64,000 nucleotides of DNA, from assembly GCA_016179185.1 (NCBI GenBank), contig JACORW010000080.1, forward strand, positions 18,629 through 82,628. Reading direction: 5' to 3'. Of this stretch, positions 9,028 to 17,822 are shown one piece after another (position 1 is the stretch's first letter; each line of letters opens with the position of its first letter). The DNA comes from Gammaproteobacteria bacterium (lineage in GTDB: Bacteria; Pseudomonadota; Gammaproteobacteria; Eutrophobiales; Eutrophobiaceae). Below the pieces are notes generated by a model. It was not told the DNA's origin, made no database searches, and saw nothing but the letters and a program-made list of their open reading frames with translations. The position numbers and the translations under genes are program-made.

Positions 9028-9702
9028 ATGGCAATGGTGAGCAAGATCCGCAAGGCGGCAAACCTGCGCGACCAAGTGACGGTACGTGTGCGCGAGTTAC
9101 TTCTGCAGGGCAGGTTTCACCCCGGCGATCGGATCACCGAGGAACAGCTGGCGGAATCCCTGGGTGTGTCGCGCACGCCGGTGCGCGAGGCCATGGTACA
9201 ACTGGCCCAGCAAGGCATGCTGGAGAAGCGCGCGCGCGGCGGCTACTTGGTACCGACCCTTAGCGAGGCAGAGCTGGACGACTTTATTCATGTGCGCAAG
9301 ATCCTGGAGACCGCGGTAGCGCAGGACGCCGTGCGCCACGTCACTGAAGCCGACATCGCTTCCATGCGGAAGATTCTGGACAAGGAGCGCGGGTGCCTAG
9401 ATTCGTCGGATCCGTCCGGATTCTTCCTGGCCACGACCGAGTTCCTGTCGCAAATGTGGGCAATGTCCGGCAGCCTAGGGCTGGTGCGTTGCATGGAGCA
9501 GGTGGTGCGCTACTATCACTTCGAGATCGCGAGCCAGAAGGCGCTACGGGATCGGGGGGTGCGCCAGCGCGTGTTGCGGGAGCATGAGAAGATCTGCCAC
9601 GCCATCGCCAGACGCGACGCCGGCGCCGCGACCGAGATCGTCAGCGCGCACCTGGATTACAAGCACGCCGAGCTGATCAAGGTGCTGCGCCGGCCCGAAT
9701 GA
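9028..9702 (+). CDS. GntR-family transcriptional regulator (FadR/FCD-type C-terminal domain)
   Basis: Table ORF 8932..9702, trimmed to the ATG at 9028. Winged-helix 'ITEEQLAESLGVSRTPVREAMVQLAQQGMLEKRARGGYLV' followed by an all-helical domain. Confidence 0.85.
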   Translation: MAMVSKIRKAANLRDQVTVRVRELLLQGRFHPGDRITEEQLAESLGVSRTPVREAMVQLAQQGMLEKRARGGYLVPTLSEAELDDFIHVRKILETAVAQDAVRHVTEADIASMRKILDKERGCLDSSDPSGFFLATTEFLSQMWAMSGSLGLVRCMEQVVRYYHFEIASQKALRDRGVRQRVLREHEKICHAIARRDAGAATEIVSAHLDYKHAELIKVLRRPE

Positions 9703-9723
9703 CCGGGCGCAACGTCCCCGCCG

Positions 9724-12015
9724 TTACCAGCGATAACTCACCGTACCGCCGACCCAGCGCGGCTGGCCGATCATCTGCTGCATGAAGCCCAAGCTCGTGA
9801 CCGGGATCGCATAGGTGCGGTATCCGTTATCACCGATGTTCTTGACCCATAGCGCCACCTGCCAGGTATCCGAGGCATCGGTCCAGGACAGGCGCCCGTT
9901 GCCGACCACGTAGGTATCCTCCTTCGTGATCGGATTGTTGGCGATGTCGAAGTACTGGTCGCCGACTATGCGGAAGTCCAACTGCAACGCCATGCTGCCG
10001 CCGAACATGGCCCATCCGTAGCGTCCGAGCCCGTTGAACGTGAAGTCCGGCGTCAGGACCATGTCGCGGTCTCGCGTGACGGGGTCGCCGGTAAAGAAGT
10101 TGGCGCTGGTCACGTCCTTGACCTCGGCATCTTGGACGTTCAGCCCGAAGCTGAATTCCCACCCCTCCCATGGATTTGTGATGAGTTCCGCCTCAAATCC
10201 CATGACCTCCGCATCCTTGTTCGAGACCACATTCGTCAGAACTTCGAAACTGAAGGCCTGGAAGTCGCTGTAGTCGTAGTAGTACAGGCTCGTATTGAGA
10301 CGCGCGCGGCCGTCGAGCAGCGTGCTCTTGAAGCCGAGTTCGTAGGCCATCAGCTTCTCTTCGTCGAAGGGGATCTGGGCCGCCGTGCTGCTACCGAGGA
10401 TTCCCGTGCCGTCGATGGCGAAATTGAAGCCGAAGCCCTTCACGCCGCGGGCGACGGAGCCATACACCAGCCAATCGTCCACAGGACGCCAGTCGAGCTC
10501 GAAGCGGAACGACACGTTGTCACCGTCCTGTTTTGTCAGATCACCTACCGTGGCCTCGGTGAAATCGAAGATCACGAAGCCGGGCACCGGCGCGGGAGTC
10601 AGGCCGAGGAAGAACGGCGTGTTGCCGAGGTCGTCACGGGCGATCATCTCGAACTCGCGTTCCTCGTCCGTGTAGCGCGCCCCGCCGATTGCGGTCCACC
10701 GGTCATTGATGTCGTACTCCAGTTGGCCGAACAGCGCCCAGGACTCCGTCAGGTCCGAGTCCACGGTGTTATCGTTGACGAGCCCGATGCCGGAGACGTC
10801 GGTGCGCGAACCGGTGCGTACGTCGCGGTTGAAATAGAAGAAGCCCGTGGTCCAGCGCAGCCGGTCCCGCTCGCCCGCAAGCCGCAACTCCTGGCTCCAC
10901 TGCTGGCTGTCCACGGGGTTCGTGACCGCGATGGCCGGCACTGGACCCACGTCCGTGTCCTCGCCGAAGAACTTGTTCAGGTATTCGAACGCGGAGATCG
11001 ATGTCAACGTCATGCCTGCCACGTTCCAGTCCACGTGTAACGACACGCCAGCGGTGTCCAGGTCCAGGAATGTCTGCCGATCGTTGTCCGTGGCATGGAT
11101 ATCGCCGTCGGTGTCGCGGTAGCCGAAGCAGTCCTGACCCGGGCCGGTGAGCCCCCCGACGCCGGCGCAAAGGGGATTGACCTGGTCGGCTGGGACGAAA
11201 ACCTCGGTGACGCCATCCGGGGCAAACGTCGTCGACGCGTGCTCGTAGGTGGCCGAGATTTGATCCGCGGTGGCGTAATGGGCGCTGGCCAAGATCTCGA
11301 GGTCGACGGTTGGCTGCCACAGGACTTGCCCACGCACGGCCCAGACATCGGTGGAATTGGCATCCTTGAGTCCGGGCGTGCGTGTCTCGCGGTAACCGTC
11401 GTGATCGTGGTATAGGAACGAGACGCGCCCGGACAGCGTATCAGCGATGGGACCGCCCGCAGCACTCTCGAGACGCACTTGATCGTATTCGCCGAACGTG
11501 GCCTCGCCATACCCCTCGAACGTGTCCGTGGGGCGGCGCGTCACCATGTGCACGAGGCCGCCGGACGTGTTGCGTCCGAACAGCGTGCCCTGGGGTCCCT
11601 TCAGCACCTCGGCGCGTTCGAGGTCGAATAACTGAAATCCCAGGCCCGCGAGAGTGGCCTGGTACACCTCGTCCACGTACACGGCCACCGGCGACTCGTT
11701 GTGCTCGGAGAAGTCGTTCAGCCCCACGCCGCGCAGCGTGAACGCCGCATTGTTGCCGTCGCCGAAGGGTGGCACGTATGTGAGGCCCGGCGTCTGCTGC
11801 ACGAGGTCCGTGGTGGTCACGAACCCCAGTTCCTTCAGTTGGTCGCCGCTGAAGGCGGTGACAGCGATTCCGACGTCCTGAAGGTTCTGTTCTCGTTTCT
11901 GCGCTGTGACGAGGATCTCCTCCAGTACGGCCGCGACAGCAGCCGGCGCCGGCACGACGAGGCACAACAGCAGCGACGTTTGAAAGGCACGGAAACAGAG
12001 CGGAGACTGGTTCAT
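9724..12015 (-). CDS. TonB-dependent receptor 1
   Basis: Table ORF extends to 12615, but the extra 200 aa are Arg/Pro-rich junk. Start taken at 'MNQSPLCFRAFQTSLLLCLVVPAPAAVAA' (signal peptide). Plug motifs 'LEEILVTAQKREQNLQDVGIAVTAF' and 'VLKGPQGTLFGRNTSGG'. Barrel terminus '...GGTVSYRW'. Confidence 0.9.
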   Translation of the reverse strand: MNQSPLCFRAFQTSLLLCLVVPAPAAVAAVLEEILVTAQKREQNLQDVGIAVTAFSGDQLKELGFVTTTDLVQQTPGLTYVPPFGDGNNAAFTLRGVGLNDFSEHNESPVAVYVDEVYQATLAGLGFQLFDLERAEVLKGPQGTLFGRNTSGGLVHMVTRRPTDTFEGYGEATFGEYDQVRLESAAGGPIADTLSGRVSFLYHDHDGYRETRTPGLKDANSTDVWAVRGQVLWQPTVDLEILASAHYATADQISATYEHASTTFAPDGVTEVFVPADQVNPLCAGVGGLTGPGQDCFGYRDTDGDIHATDNDRQTFLDLDTAGVSLHVDWNVAGMTLTSISAFEYLNKFFGEDTDVGPVPAIAVTNPVDSQQWSQELRLAGERDRLRWTTGFFYFNRDVRTGSRTDVSGIGLVNDNTVDSDLTESWALFGQLEYDINDRWTAIGGARYTDEEREFEMIARDDLGNTPFFLGLTPAPVPGFVIFDFTEATVGDLTKQDGDNVSFRFELDWRPVDDWLVYGSVARGVKGFGFNFAIDGTGILGSSTAAQIPFDEEKLMAYELGFKSTLLDGRARLNTSLYYYDYSDFQAFSFEVLTNVVSNKDAEVMGFEAELITNPWEGWEFSFGLNVQDAEVKDVTSANFFTGDPVTRDRDMVLTPDFTFNGLGRYGWAMFGGSMALQLDFRIVGDQYFDIANNPITKEDTYVVGNGRLSWTDASDTWQVALWVKNIGDNGYRTYAIPVTSLGFMQQMIGQPRWVGGTVSYRW

Positions 12016-12064
12016 GGTTCCCCCCGGCAGAGGGCAGCTGGGCGCCCGGATGTCAATCGAAAAC

Positions 12065-12079
12065 TGTATACAGTATACA
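12065..12079. promoter_or_regulatory. 15-bp perfect palindrome TGTATAC-A-GTATACA (second copy of the candidate GntR operator) in the divergent TBDR / Rieske-oxygenase promoter region
   Basis: Read directly. It lies 11 nt upstream of the ATG at 12090 and about 50 nt from the divergent TBDR start at 12015. Confidence 0.5.
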
Positions 12080-12089
12080 ATATAGACCC

Positions 12090-13403
12090 ATGAGCGCAGA
12101 TACGCAAAGCCGGTTTTCACCGGGGGATTTGGTGCAGCCCGGCCGGGTCCACAAGCGCGTCTACACGGACCCGGAGATCTTCGAACTGGAGATGGAGCGC
12201 CTGTGGCGGCGCACTTGGTTGTACGTGGGTCATGAAAGCCAGGTGCCGTTGCCGGGCAGTTATTTCGCGGCGACGCTGGCACGTCAGCCGGTGATGATGC
12301 TGCGCCATTCGGACGGCAGTGTGCGCGTGTTCTACAACCGTTGTGCCCACAAGGGCGCGATGGTCGTCTGCGACGAGAGCGGTCGCGTTGAACGGCTGCG
12401 CTGCGCCTATCACGGCTGGACCTATGCCACCGACGGCACACTGCTCCACACGCCGCAGCCCGAAGGGTACGCCGGGTGCGGTTTCGGCGCCGGTCACCGC
12501 GAGTCCAGTCTGCGCCCGCTGGGGCGCGTGGCGAGTTACCGTGGTTTCGTGTTTGCGAGCATGAATCCCGATGTGCCCGACCTGCAGGAATGGCTCGGCC
12601 AGACGCGCGCCACATTCGACAACGCCGTGGATCGATCGCCCGAGGGGGTGATCGAGGTCACCGGCGGCGTGCTGCGCTACGTGCACGACGCCAACTGGAA
12701 GATCCTGCTGGAAAATGTCAGCGACAACATGCACCCGATGGTCACACACCAGTCGGCGATCCAGCCCGTCAGGGTGTTGCGTCGCGACCTCCCGCGAGAC
12801 GCCGAGATCCCGTTGGCGGTGACCATGATCGAGCCCTTCGGTGGTGGTTACGACTTCTTCGACCAGATCGGCCACACCGTTTGCGGCGAAGGCCATAGCT
12901 ACACGGGAGGGAGCTTAAGTATCCATTCCGAGTATCCGGAGGTCCCCGAATACCTGGCCGCCATGGAAAGACGTCACGGCGCGGAGCGAACCCGGGAAAT
13001 CCTGTCCGTGCAAAGGCACAATACGATTGTCTATCCGAGCATGAGCCTGAAGTGTGCGCTGCAGACTGTCCGCGTGTACCGACCCCTGGCGGTGGACCGC
13101 ACCGTCCAGGAGACGTGGACGTTCCGACTGAAGGGCGCGCCCGGTGCCCTGCTGGAACGCGCCGCGTTCTACAACCACCTGATCTTCTCGCCCGCTTCCA
13201 TCGCCGGCAATGACGACTGGGAGGCCTATCACCGCATCCAACAGGGGCTTGTGAGTCAGGGTTCGGACTGGGTCAGTCAGCACCGGCACCTCGACACGGT
13301 CACGGAGAATTCCGAGGGTTCCCGCAGCGCACCCGGCACGAGCGACATTGTCTTCCGACACGAGTTCGCGGCGTGGAAGCGCTATTTAACTGCTGAAGCG
13401 TGA
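12090..13403 (+). CDS. Rieske [2Fe-2S] aromatic-ring-hydroxylating oxygenase, alpha subunit
   Basis: 'CAHKGAMVV...CAYHGWTY' Rieske motif and 'DNMHPMVTH' mononuclear-iron motif (D-x2-H-x4-H). Confidence 0.85.
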   Translation: MSADTQSRFSPGDLVQPGRVHKRVYTDPEIFELEMERLWRRTWLYVGHESQVPLPGSYFAATLARQPVMMLRHSDGSVRVFYNRCAHKGAMVVCDESGRVERLRCAYHGWTYATDGTLLHTPQPEGYAGCGFGAGHRESSLRPLGRVASYRGFVFASMNPDVPDLQEWLGQTRATFDNAVDRSPEGVIEVTGGVLRYVHDANWKILLENVSDNMHPMVTHQSAIQPVRVLRRDLPRDAEIPLAVTMIEPFGGGYDFFDQIGHTVCGEGHSYTGGSLSIHSEYPEVPEYLAAMERRHGAERTREILSVQRHNTIVYPSMSLKCALQTVRVYRPLAVDRTVQETWTFRLKGAPGALLERAAFYNHLIFSPASIAGNDDWEAYHRIQQGLVSQGSDWVSQHRHLDTVTENSEGSRSAPGTSDIVFRHEFAAWKRYLTAEA

Positions 13404-13410
13404 CGGCGGC

Positions 13411-15021
13411 ATGACGATCCATGATCGTTTCGCCGGCACGGCGCTGCGATTCCCCGATCATCCTTACCTGTACATCCCGGCGGAAGCCCGCCGGCAGTAT
13501 GCGGACGGGCCCCTTACGCTGACCTACGCACAGGCCGCGCAGAAAGTGGATGTACTGGCGGCTGCTTGGTCTGCCGCAGGCTACGCGCACGGGTACAAGG
13601 TGGCCCTCGCACTGGATAACCGCGCGGATTTTTTCCTGCATTTCCTCGCGTTGAACCGGCTGGGCGTGTGTGTCGTTCCACTGAACAGCGAGGCCACGCC
13701 GGCGGAACTGGCTCACGTGCTGAACACCAGCGGCGCATCGCTGCTGGTGACGTTGTCGGAGCACGGCGCACGCATGGGCGCGGCCGTGGATGCCGCGGGA
13801 CGCGCCGTCGCGCTGTGCGACATCGGCTCGTTCCCGAACCTGCCGCCGGCACCCGGTCCATGCCGCCCCGATGCGCCGGACGGCACCACCGCCGCCGCCA
13901 TCATCTTCACGTCCGGCACGACGTCGCGGCCCAAAGGCTGCCTGCTGTCGAATGATTATTTTCTTTATGTGGGAGAGTGGTACGCCGCCCTCGGCGGCCA
14001 CTGCACGCTCGGGCCCGGCGCCGAGCGCGCCATCACGCCGTTGCCGGTATTCCACACCAATGCGCTCGTGTTTTCGCACATGGCGATGATCGAGACCGGC
14101 GGATGTGTCGTGCAGCTCGATCGCTTCCATCCCGACACGTGGTGGGAGGTCGTGCGCGCATCGCGCGCGACGCTGGCACACTACCTTGGCATCATGCCGG
14201 CCATCCTCATCTCGCTGCCGGAGGACCCGCTGCGGGATCGGGGTCACGGGCTGCGCTTTGGGTTCGGCGCCGGCGTGGACCCCGCTCACCAAGCCCCGTT
14301 CGAGGAGCGCTTCGGCTTCCCGCTCATCGAGGGCTGGGCCATGACCGAGACCGGCGCCGCGACGTGCGTCATGGCGGCCCGCGAACCGCGCCACGTGGGC
14401 ACGCGCTGCATCGGCCGGCCGCCGGGCCATATGGAATACCGCATCGTGGACGAGGCGGGGCGCGATGTGGCGGCGGGAGAGCCCGGCGAATTCCTCGTGC
14501 GCCGGGCGGGGGCGGACCCGCGTCGCTACTTCTATTCCGGCTACATCGGCGATCCCGAGGCGACGGAGATAGCCTGGGCCGGCGGCTGGTTCCACACTGG
14601 CGATGTGGTGCGTGAAGGTGCGGACGGTTCGTTACATTTCATCGAACGGCGCAAGAACATCATTCGCCGCAGCGGTGAGAATATCGCGGCGGCGGAAGTG
14701 GAAAGCGTACTGCTGTGCCATCCCGCGGTGGCCGCCTGTGCCGTGGCGCCGGTGCCGGACGAGGCGCGCGGCGAGGAAGTTGCAGCGTGCGTTGTGGCCG
14801 CGCCCGGAGCCAATACCGGGCCGGTGCTGGCGCGGGACATCGTGCGCCATTGCCTCGCGACGTTGTCGTACTACAAAGTGCCGGGCTACGTTGCCTTTGT
14901 GCCGGCGTTGCCCGTGACTTCTACACAGAAACTGCAGCGTGGGGTGCTGGAGGATTTGCTGCGGCGGGAACTGGTGGCCGGGAGGGCGGTGGATCTGCGC
15001 GAGATGAAGAAGCGGAACTAG
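13411..15021 (+). CDS. AMP-dependent synthetase/ligase (acyl- or aryl-CoA ligase)
   Basis: 'IIFTSGTTSRPKGC' AMP-binding motif, 'WFHTGDVV', 'RRSGENIAAAEVE', and a C-terminal 'TSTQKLQR' lysine motif. Confidence 0.85.
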   Translation: MTIHDRFAGTALRFPDHPYLYIPAEARRQYADGPLTLTYAQAAQKVDVLAAAWSAAGYAHGYKVALALDNRADFFLHFLALNRLGVCVVPLNSEATPAELAHVLNTSGASLLVTLSEHGARMGAAVDAAGRAVALCDIGSFPNLPPAPGPCRPDAPDGTTAAAIIFTSGTTSRPKGCLLSNDYFLYVGEWYAALGGHCTLGPGAERAITPLPVFHTNALVFSHMAMIETGGCVVQLDRFHPDTWWEVVRASRATLAHYLGIMPAILISLPEDPLRDRGHGLRFGFGAGVDPAHQAPFEERFGFPLIEGWAMTETGAATCVMAAREPRHVGTRCIGRPPGHMEYRIVDEAGRDVAAGEPGEFLVRRAGADPRRYFYSGYIGDPEATEIAWAGGWFHTGDVVREGADGSLHFIERRKNIIRRSGENIAAAEVESVLLCHPAVAACAVAPVPDEARGEEVAACVVAAPGANTGPVLARDIVRHCLATLSYYKVPGYVAFVPALPVTSTQKLQRGVLEDLLRRELVAGRAVDLREMKKRN

Positions 15022-15222
15022 AAGCTTGATGAGCTTGTGCTAAACGATGCTTGCGCTACCATTGATCATGGCGACGAGATCTGTCGACGGAGGCAAGTTC
15101 TTGAATTCCAAGTCCGCGTTTCGTTACCTCTTTTGGCTTGCCGCCGGCCCCGTGGATTAAGGCGCCAAGTAAACTGGGCGGGGCCGGGACGCTCGTCGAC
15201 CGCGAAGCGAGATCGTCATCCG

Positions 15223-16371
15223 ATGACCCGCATACCTGAAATTGATACCTCGTATGTGAACCGCAGCCGGTATCTGCAGGCGGCGGCCTACGCAGACTTG
15301 GATCTGCTGGCAGTGGAAATCGGACTCGGTTTCCGGCGGCACTGGATCAGCATCGGCGTCACGACCGAAGTGCAATTACCCGGCAGCGCGTTACCGGTGG
15401 ACGCCGCCGGCTGCCCGTTGCTGATGACCCGCGATCTGTCCGGGACGCTGCACGTGTTTCACAATGTCTGCCGGCACCAGGGCACGCGGCTTGTGGATGC
15501 CCCGTGCCGGCGCGACACCGGCCAGATCGTCTGTCCCTATCATTCCTGGACCTATGGACTGGATGGGAGGCTGCGCGCCACGCCCTACTGGGACCGCACC
15601 CCGGGTTCGGCGCCGTCGCCAGAGGAAATGGAGCGACTCGCGCTATTGCCGGCGCGCTTCGCTGTCTGGTTCGACACCGTGTTCGTGGACTTGTCCGGTA
15701 CGGCGCCGCCGTTCGAGGAATGGATTGCACCACTCGCATCGCGCTGGTCTCCCTTCGACCAGCGCGAACTGCGCCGCGTGGTGGCCCGGGAGTTTCGGCT
15801 CGCGGGCAACTGGAAACTCGCCTGCGAGAATTTCCTCGACGGCTACCATGTGCCCTGGGTGCACAGCCAGATCGGCGCGCCCGCGACCGGCGTTAATTAC
15901 AGCGCGCTGAAACTTTCCGGCGATCTGTTCGGCGCGTTCATGCCCCAGGGCGAGACGGACAAGCCGCGCACCGCGGATCGGCTGCCTTCGTTTCCCGGTC
16001 TGCCGCGCGAGTTCATCGGATCGCAGCACTTCATCTATGCGTTTCCCAATACGCTGCTGGCGCTGACGCCGGACTGGTTCCAGGTATTTTCAGTGTTCCC
16101 CGACGGCGTGGACCGGTGTGTCGAATATGCGAGTCTGTACCTGGTCGGCGACGGGGCGCTGGCGCCGGAGTGCGCGGCGCAGCGGGATGAGTTCATCCGC
16201 CAGATGTGGCTTATCAACGAGCAGGACGTCGCGCTGATTGCGAAGATCCACGCCGGTCGATCGTCACCGGCATCGGACCAGGGCAGCTTCGCGCCGTACT
16301 GGGACGAACTCTCCGCGGCGTTCCATGCCCGGATCGGGCGGCTGCACGGCTCTTTACAAACCGGCATTTAG
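15223..16371 (+). CDS. Rieske [2Fe-2S] oxygenase (second, different family member)
   Basis: Table ORF 15037..16371, trimmed to the ATG at 15223 ('MTRIPEID'). 'CRHQGTRLV...CPYHSWTY' and 'DGYHVPWVH'. Confidence 0.8.
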   Translation: MTRIPEIDTSYVNRSRYLQAAAYADLDLLAVEIGLGFRRHWISIGVTTEVQLPGSALPVDAAGCPLLMTRDLSGTLHVFHNVCRHQGTRLVDAPCRRDTGQIVCPYHSWTYGLDGRLRATPYWDRTPGSAPSPEEMERLALLPARFAVWFDTVFVDLSGTAPPFEEWIAPLASRWSPFDQRELRRVVAREFRLAGNWKLACENFLDGYHVPWVHSQIGAPATGVNYSALKLSGDLFGAFMPQGETDKPRTADRLPSFPGLPREFIGSQHFIYAFPNTLLALTPDWFQVFSVFPDGVDRCVEYASLYLVGDGALAPECAAQRDEFIRQMWLINEQDVALIAKIHAGRSSPASDQGSFAPYWDELSAAFHARIGRLHGSLQTGI

Positions 16372-16422
16372 GTCGCGCACTTCCCGTTAGGCAGTGCTTG
16401 CGACCAGTGGTAGCATAAATCG

Positions 16423-16683
16423 ATGCCGGTAGTCTCAACGTTTTTTGGGATCATAATTCGAATGTATTTCGACGACCACGAACCACCACACTTTCACGTC
16501 GAGTATCAGGGACAGTCCGCGACATTCGATTTTGCCGGGAAACTACTGACTGGAGAGCTCCGCTCCGTCAGAGCAAGGCGTTTAGTTCGGGAATGGGCGC
16601 GACTCCACGAACATGAGCTGCGGGCGAATTGGAAGCGCGCAAAGGTGCTCAAGCCGCTTCGCCAGATCGCTCCATTGGAGTGA
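16423..16683 (+). CDS. DUF4160-like small protein
   Basis: 86 aa. 'FFGIIIRMYFDDHEPPHFHVEYQG' is the hallmark N-terminus of DUF4160 proteins as I recall them. Locally AT-richer DNA. Confidence 0.7.
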   Translation: MPVVSTFFGIIIRMYFDDHEPPHFHVEYQGQSATFDFAGKLLTGELRSVRARRLVREWARLHEHELRANWKRAKVLKPLRQIAPLE

Positions 16684-16688
16684 CAACC

Positions 16689-16943
16689 ATGAAAATTCTG
16701 CCGCAAGTTACCGAGGCCCGGTACGTATCGGGGTACCGGATTGAGCTTGTCTTCAACACCGGCCTTCGAAAGACCGTTGATTTTTCACGTTGGCTAAAAG
16801 GACCAGTGTTCGAGCCCCTTCGAAATCATTCTGAATTCCGCAAGTTTTTTGTCGCAGGCGGAACAGTATGTTGGCCAAACGGTGCAGATATTGCGCCAGA
16901 AACGCTTTTTTCTGTACGCAGCGTATCGGAGCACGCTGCCTAA
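16689..16943 (+). CDS. DUF2442-like small protein
   Basis: Table ORF 16629..16943, trimmed to the ATG at 16689 ('MKILPQVTEARYVSGYRIELVFNTG...WPNGADIAPETL'). This is the usual partner of DUF4160, and the gap between them is 5 nt. Confidence 0.7.
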   Translation: MKILPQVTEARYVSGYRIELVFNTGLRKTVDFSRWLKGPVFEPLRNHSEFRKFFVAGGTVCWPNGADIAPETLFSVRSVSEHAA

Positions 16944-16944
16944 C

Positions 16945-17061
16945 GCCTGTCGGTCGTCGCCGGCCTCGGACCACGGCAGCTTCGCGCCGGACTGGGACGA
17001 ACTTTCCGCGCTGTTCCACGCCCGCATCGCGCGGCTGCGTGACCAAGGGTCCTGCTCATGA
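16945..17061 (+). pseudogene. Remnant: diverged copy of the last ~35 codons of a Rieske oxygenase gene (paralogue of 15223..16371)
   Basis: 16945..17043 aligns by eye at roughly 85 percent identity with 16252..16350. Encoded 'SSPASDHGSFAPDWDELSALFHARIARLRD' versus 'SSPASDQGSFAPYWDELSAAFHARIGRLHG'. No upstream coding body is present. Confidence 0.65.
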
Positions 17062-17185
17062 ACCTGAGCCAAGTCTCGATCTCCTCATGGACGCCCGGGG
17101 GTGCCGTGCCCGGGAGGGTCGGGCAAAGGCGGGACGACCGGGGCTTGCATGCGTGACACGCTGGTCAAGGTTGGCTTCGTAATGA

Positions 17186-17476
17186 TCTTCGGCAGCCTTC
17201 GAAATCCGGCAGGCTGAGCCCAACCCTGCCGGGGTCGGAGAACTCATTACGCTTCGCGGGACCAACTTCGGACACGCGGAGAACCACAGCGTCGCCGTCG
17301 GCGGGCAAGGCATGAGGGTTGAGCTGGAAGTCGTCGAGTGGGGCCAGGACGTCATCCGAGTGCGGATCCCCAACGACCCGCGCCTGAAGCGGGGCGGCTA
17401 TTACTACCGCGTGGAACGGATCGTCGGGCCTTATGTGAGCAGCAACCTGTTTATGTTTTTGTTGGAGAAGCAATAG
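17186..17476 (+). pseudogene. Possible start-less fragment of an IPT/TIG-domain protein
   Basis: An open frame without an ATG at its head reads '...EPNPAGVGELITLRGTNFGHAENHSVAVGGQGMRVELEVVEWGQDVIRVRIPNDPRLKRGGYYYRV...'. The 'ITLRGTNFG...V.VGG' pattern is IPT/TIG-like. Weak call. Confidence 0.3.
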
Positions 17477-17502
17477 CAGGCGTGCGTTATTGTTCTCATT
17501 GC

Positions 17503-17817
17503 TCAGAGATAGAGCCGGTCCCTGAGCTTGTAGATCGCGTTTTCGAGCCGCGTGTGCGCGGCCGCGTGGCGCGTCGTGTCCCGGACGTTCAGAACATGCT
17601 GCGTCGCCGCCACCTCCTTGACCAGCGACTTGACCAGCGGCGCGAAGTCCTTCGGCCATTGAATGTGGCCGATGATGCGGCTCATGAAATCCAGTTCCGC
17701 GAGCGCGGCCGGAACCTGCCAGTCCTCCCAGGCGGCCTTCTCGCGGATCAGGGCGAGCTCCAGTTCGTGGATCCCCAGCGGGGCGTCAATGCGGATTCCG
17801 GATTTTCTGGCAGCCAT
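17503..17817 (-). CDS. Hypothetical helical protein, translationally coupled downstream of UbiD paralogue 2
   Basis: 104 aa. The start lies 6 nt after the UbiD stop (17823). No motif I recognise and no Cys. Confidence 0.45.
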   Translation of the reverse strand: MAARKSGIRIDAPLGIHELELALIREKAAWEDWQVPAALAELDFMSRIIGHIQWPKDFAPLVKSLVKEVAATQHVLNVRDTTRHAAAHTRLENAIYKLRDRLYL

Positions 17818-17822
17818 GGGGG

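Noticed and set aside
12016-12615. 200-aa N-terminal extension of the TonB-dependent receptor ORF (the table gives 9724..12615)
   Set aside because: The extension is Arg/Pro/Ser-rich, has no signal peptide, and runs across the palindromic operator and into the divergent Rieske gene. The internal Met gives a textbook signal peptide and TonB-box region.
17165-17659. 164-aa minus-strand ORF and 17338..17850 plus-strand ORF in the scar region
   Set aside because: Both overlap better-supported ORFs (17503..17817) or the IPT-like frame, and both have Arg/Gly/Pro-rich composition without motifs.
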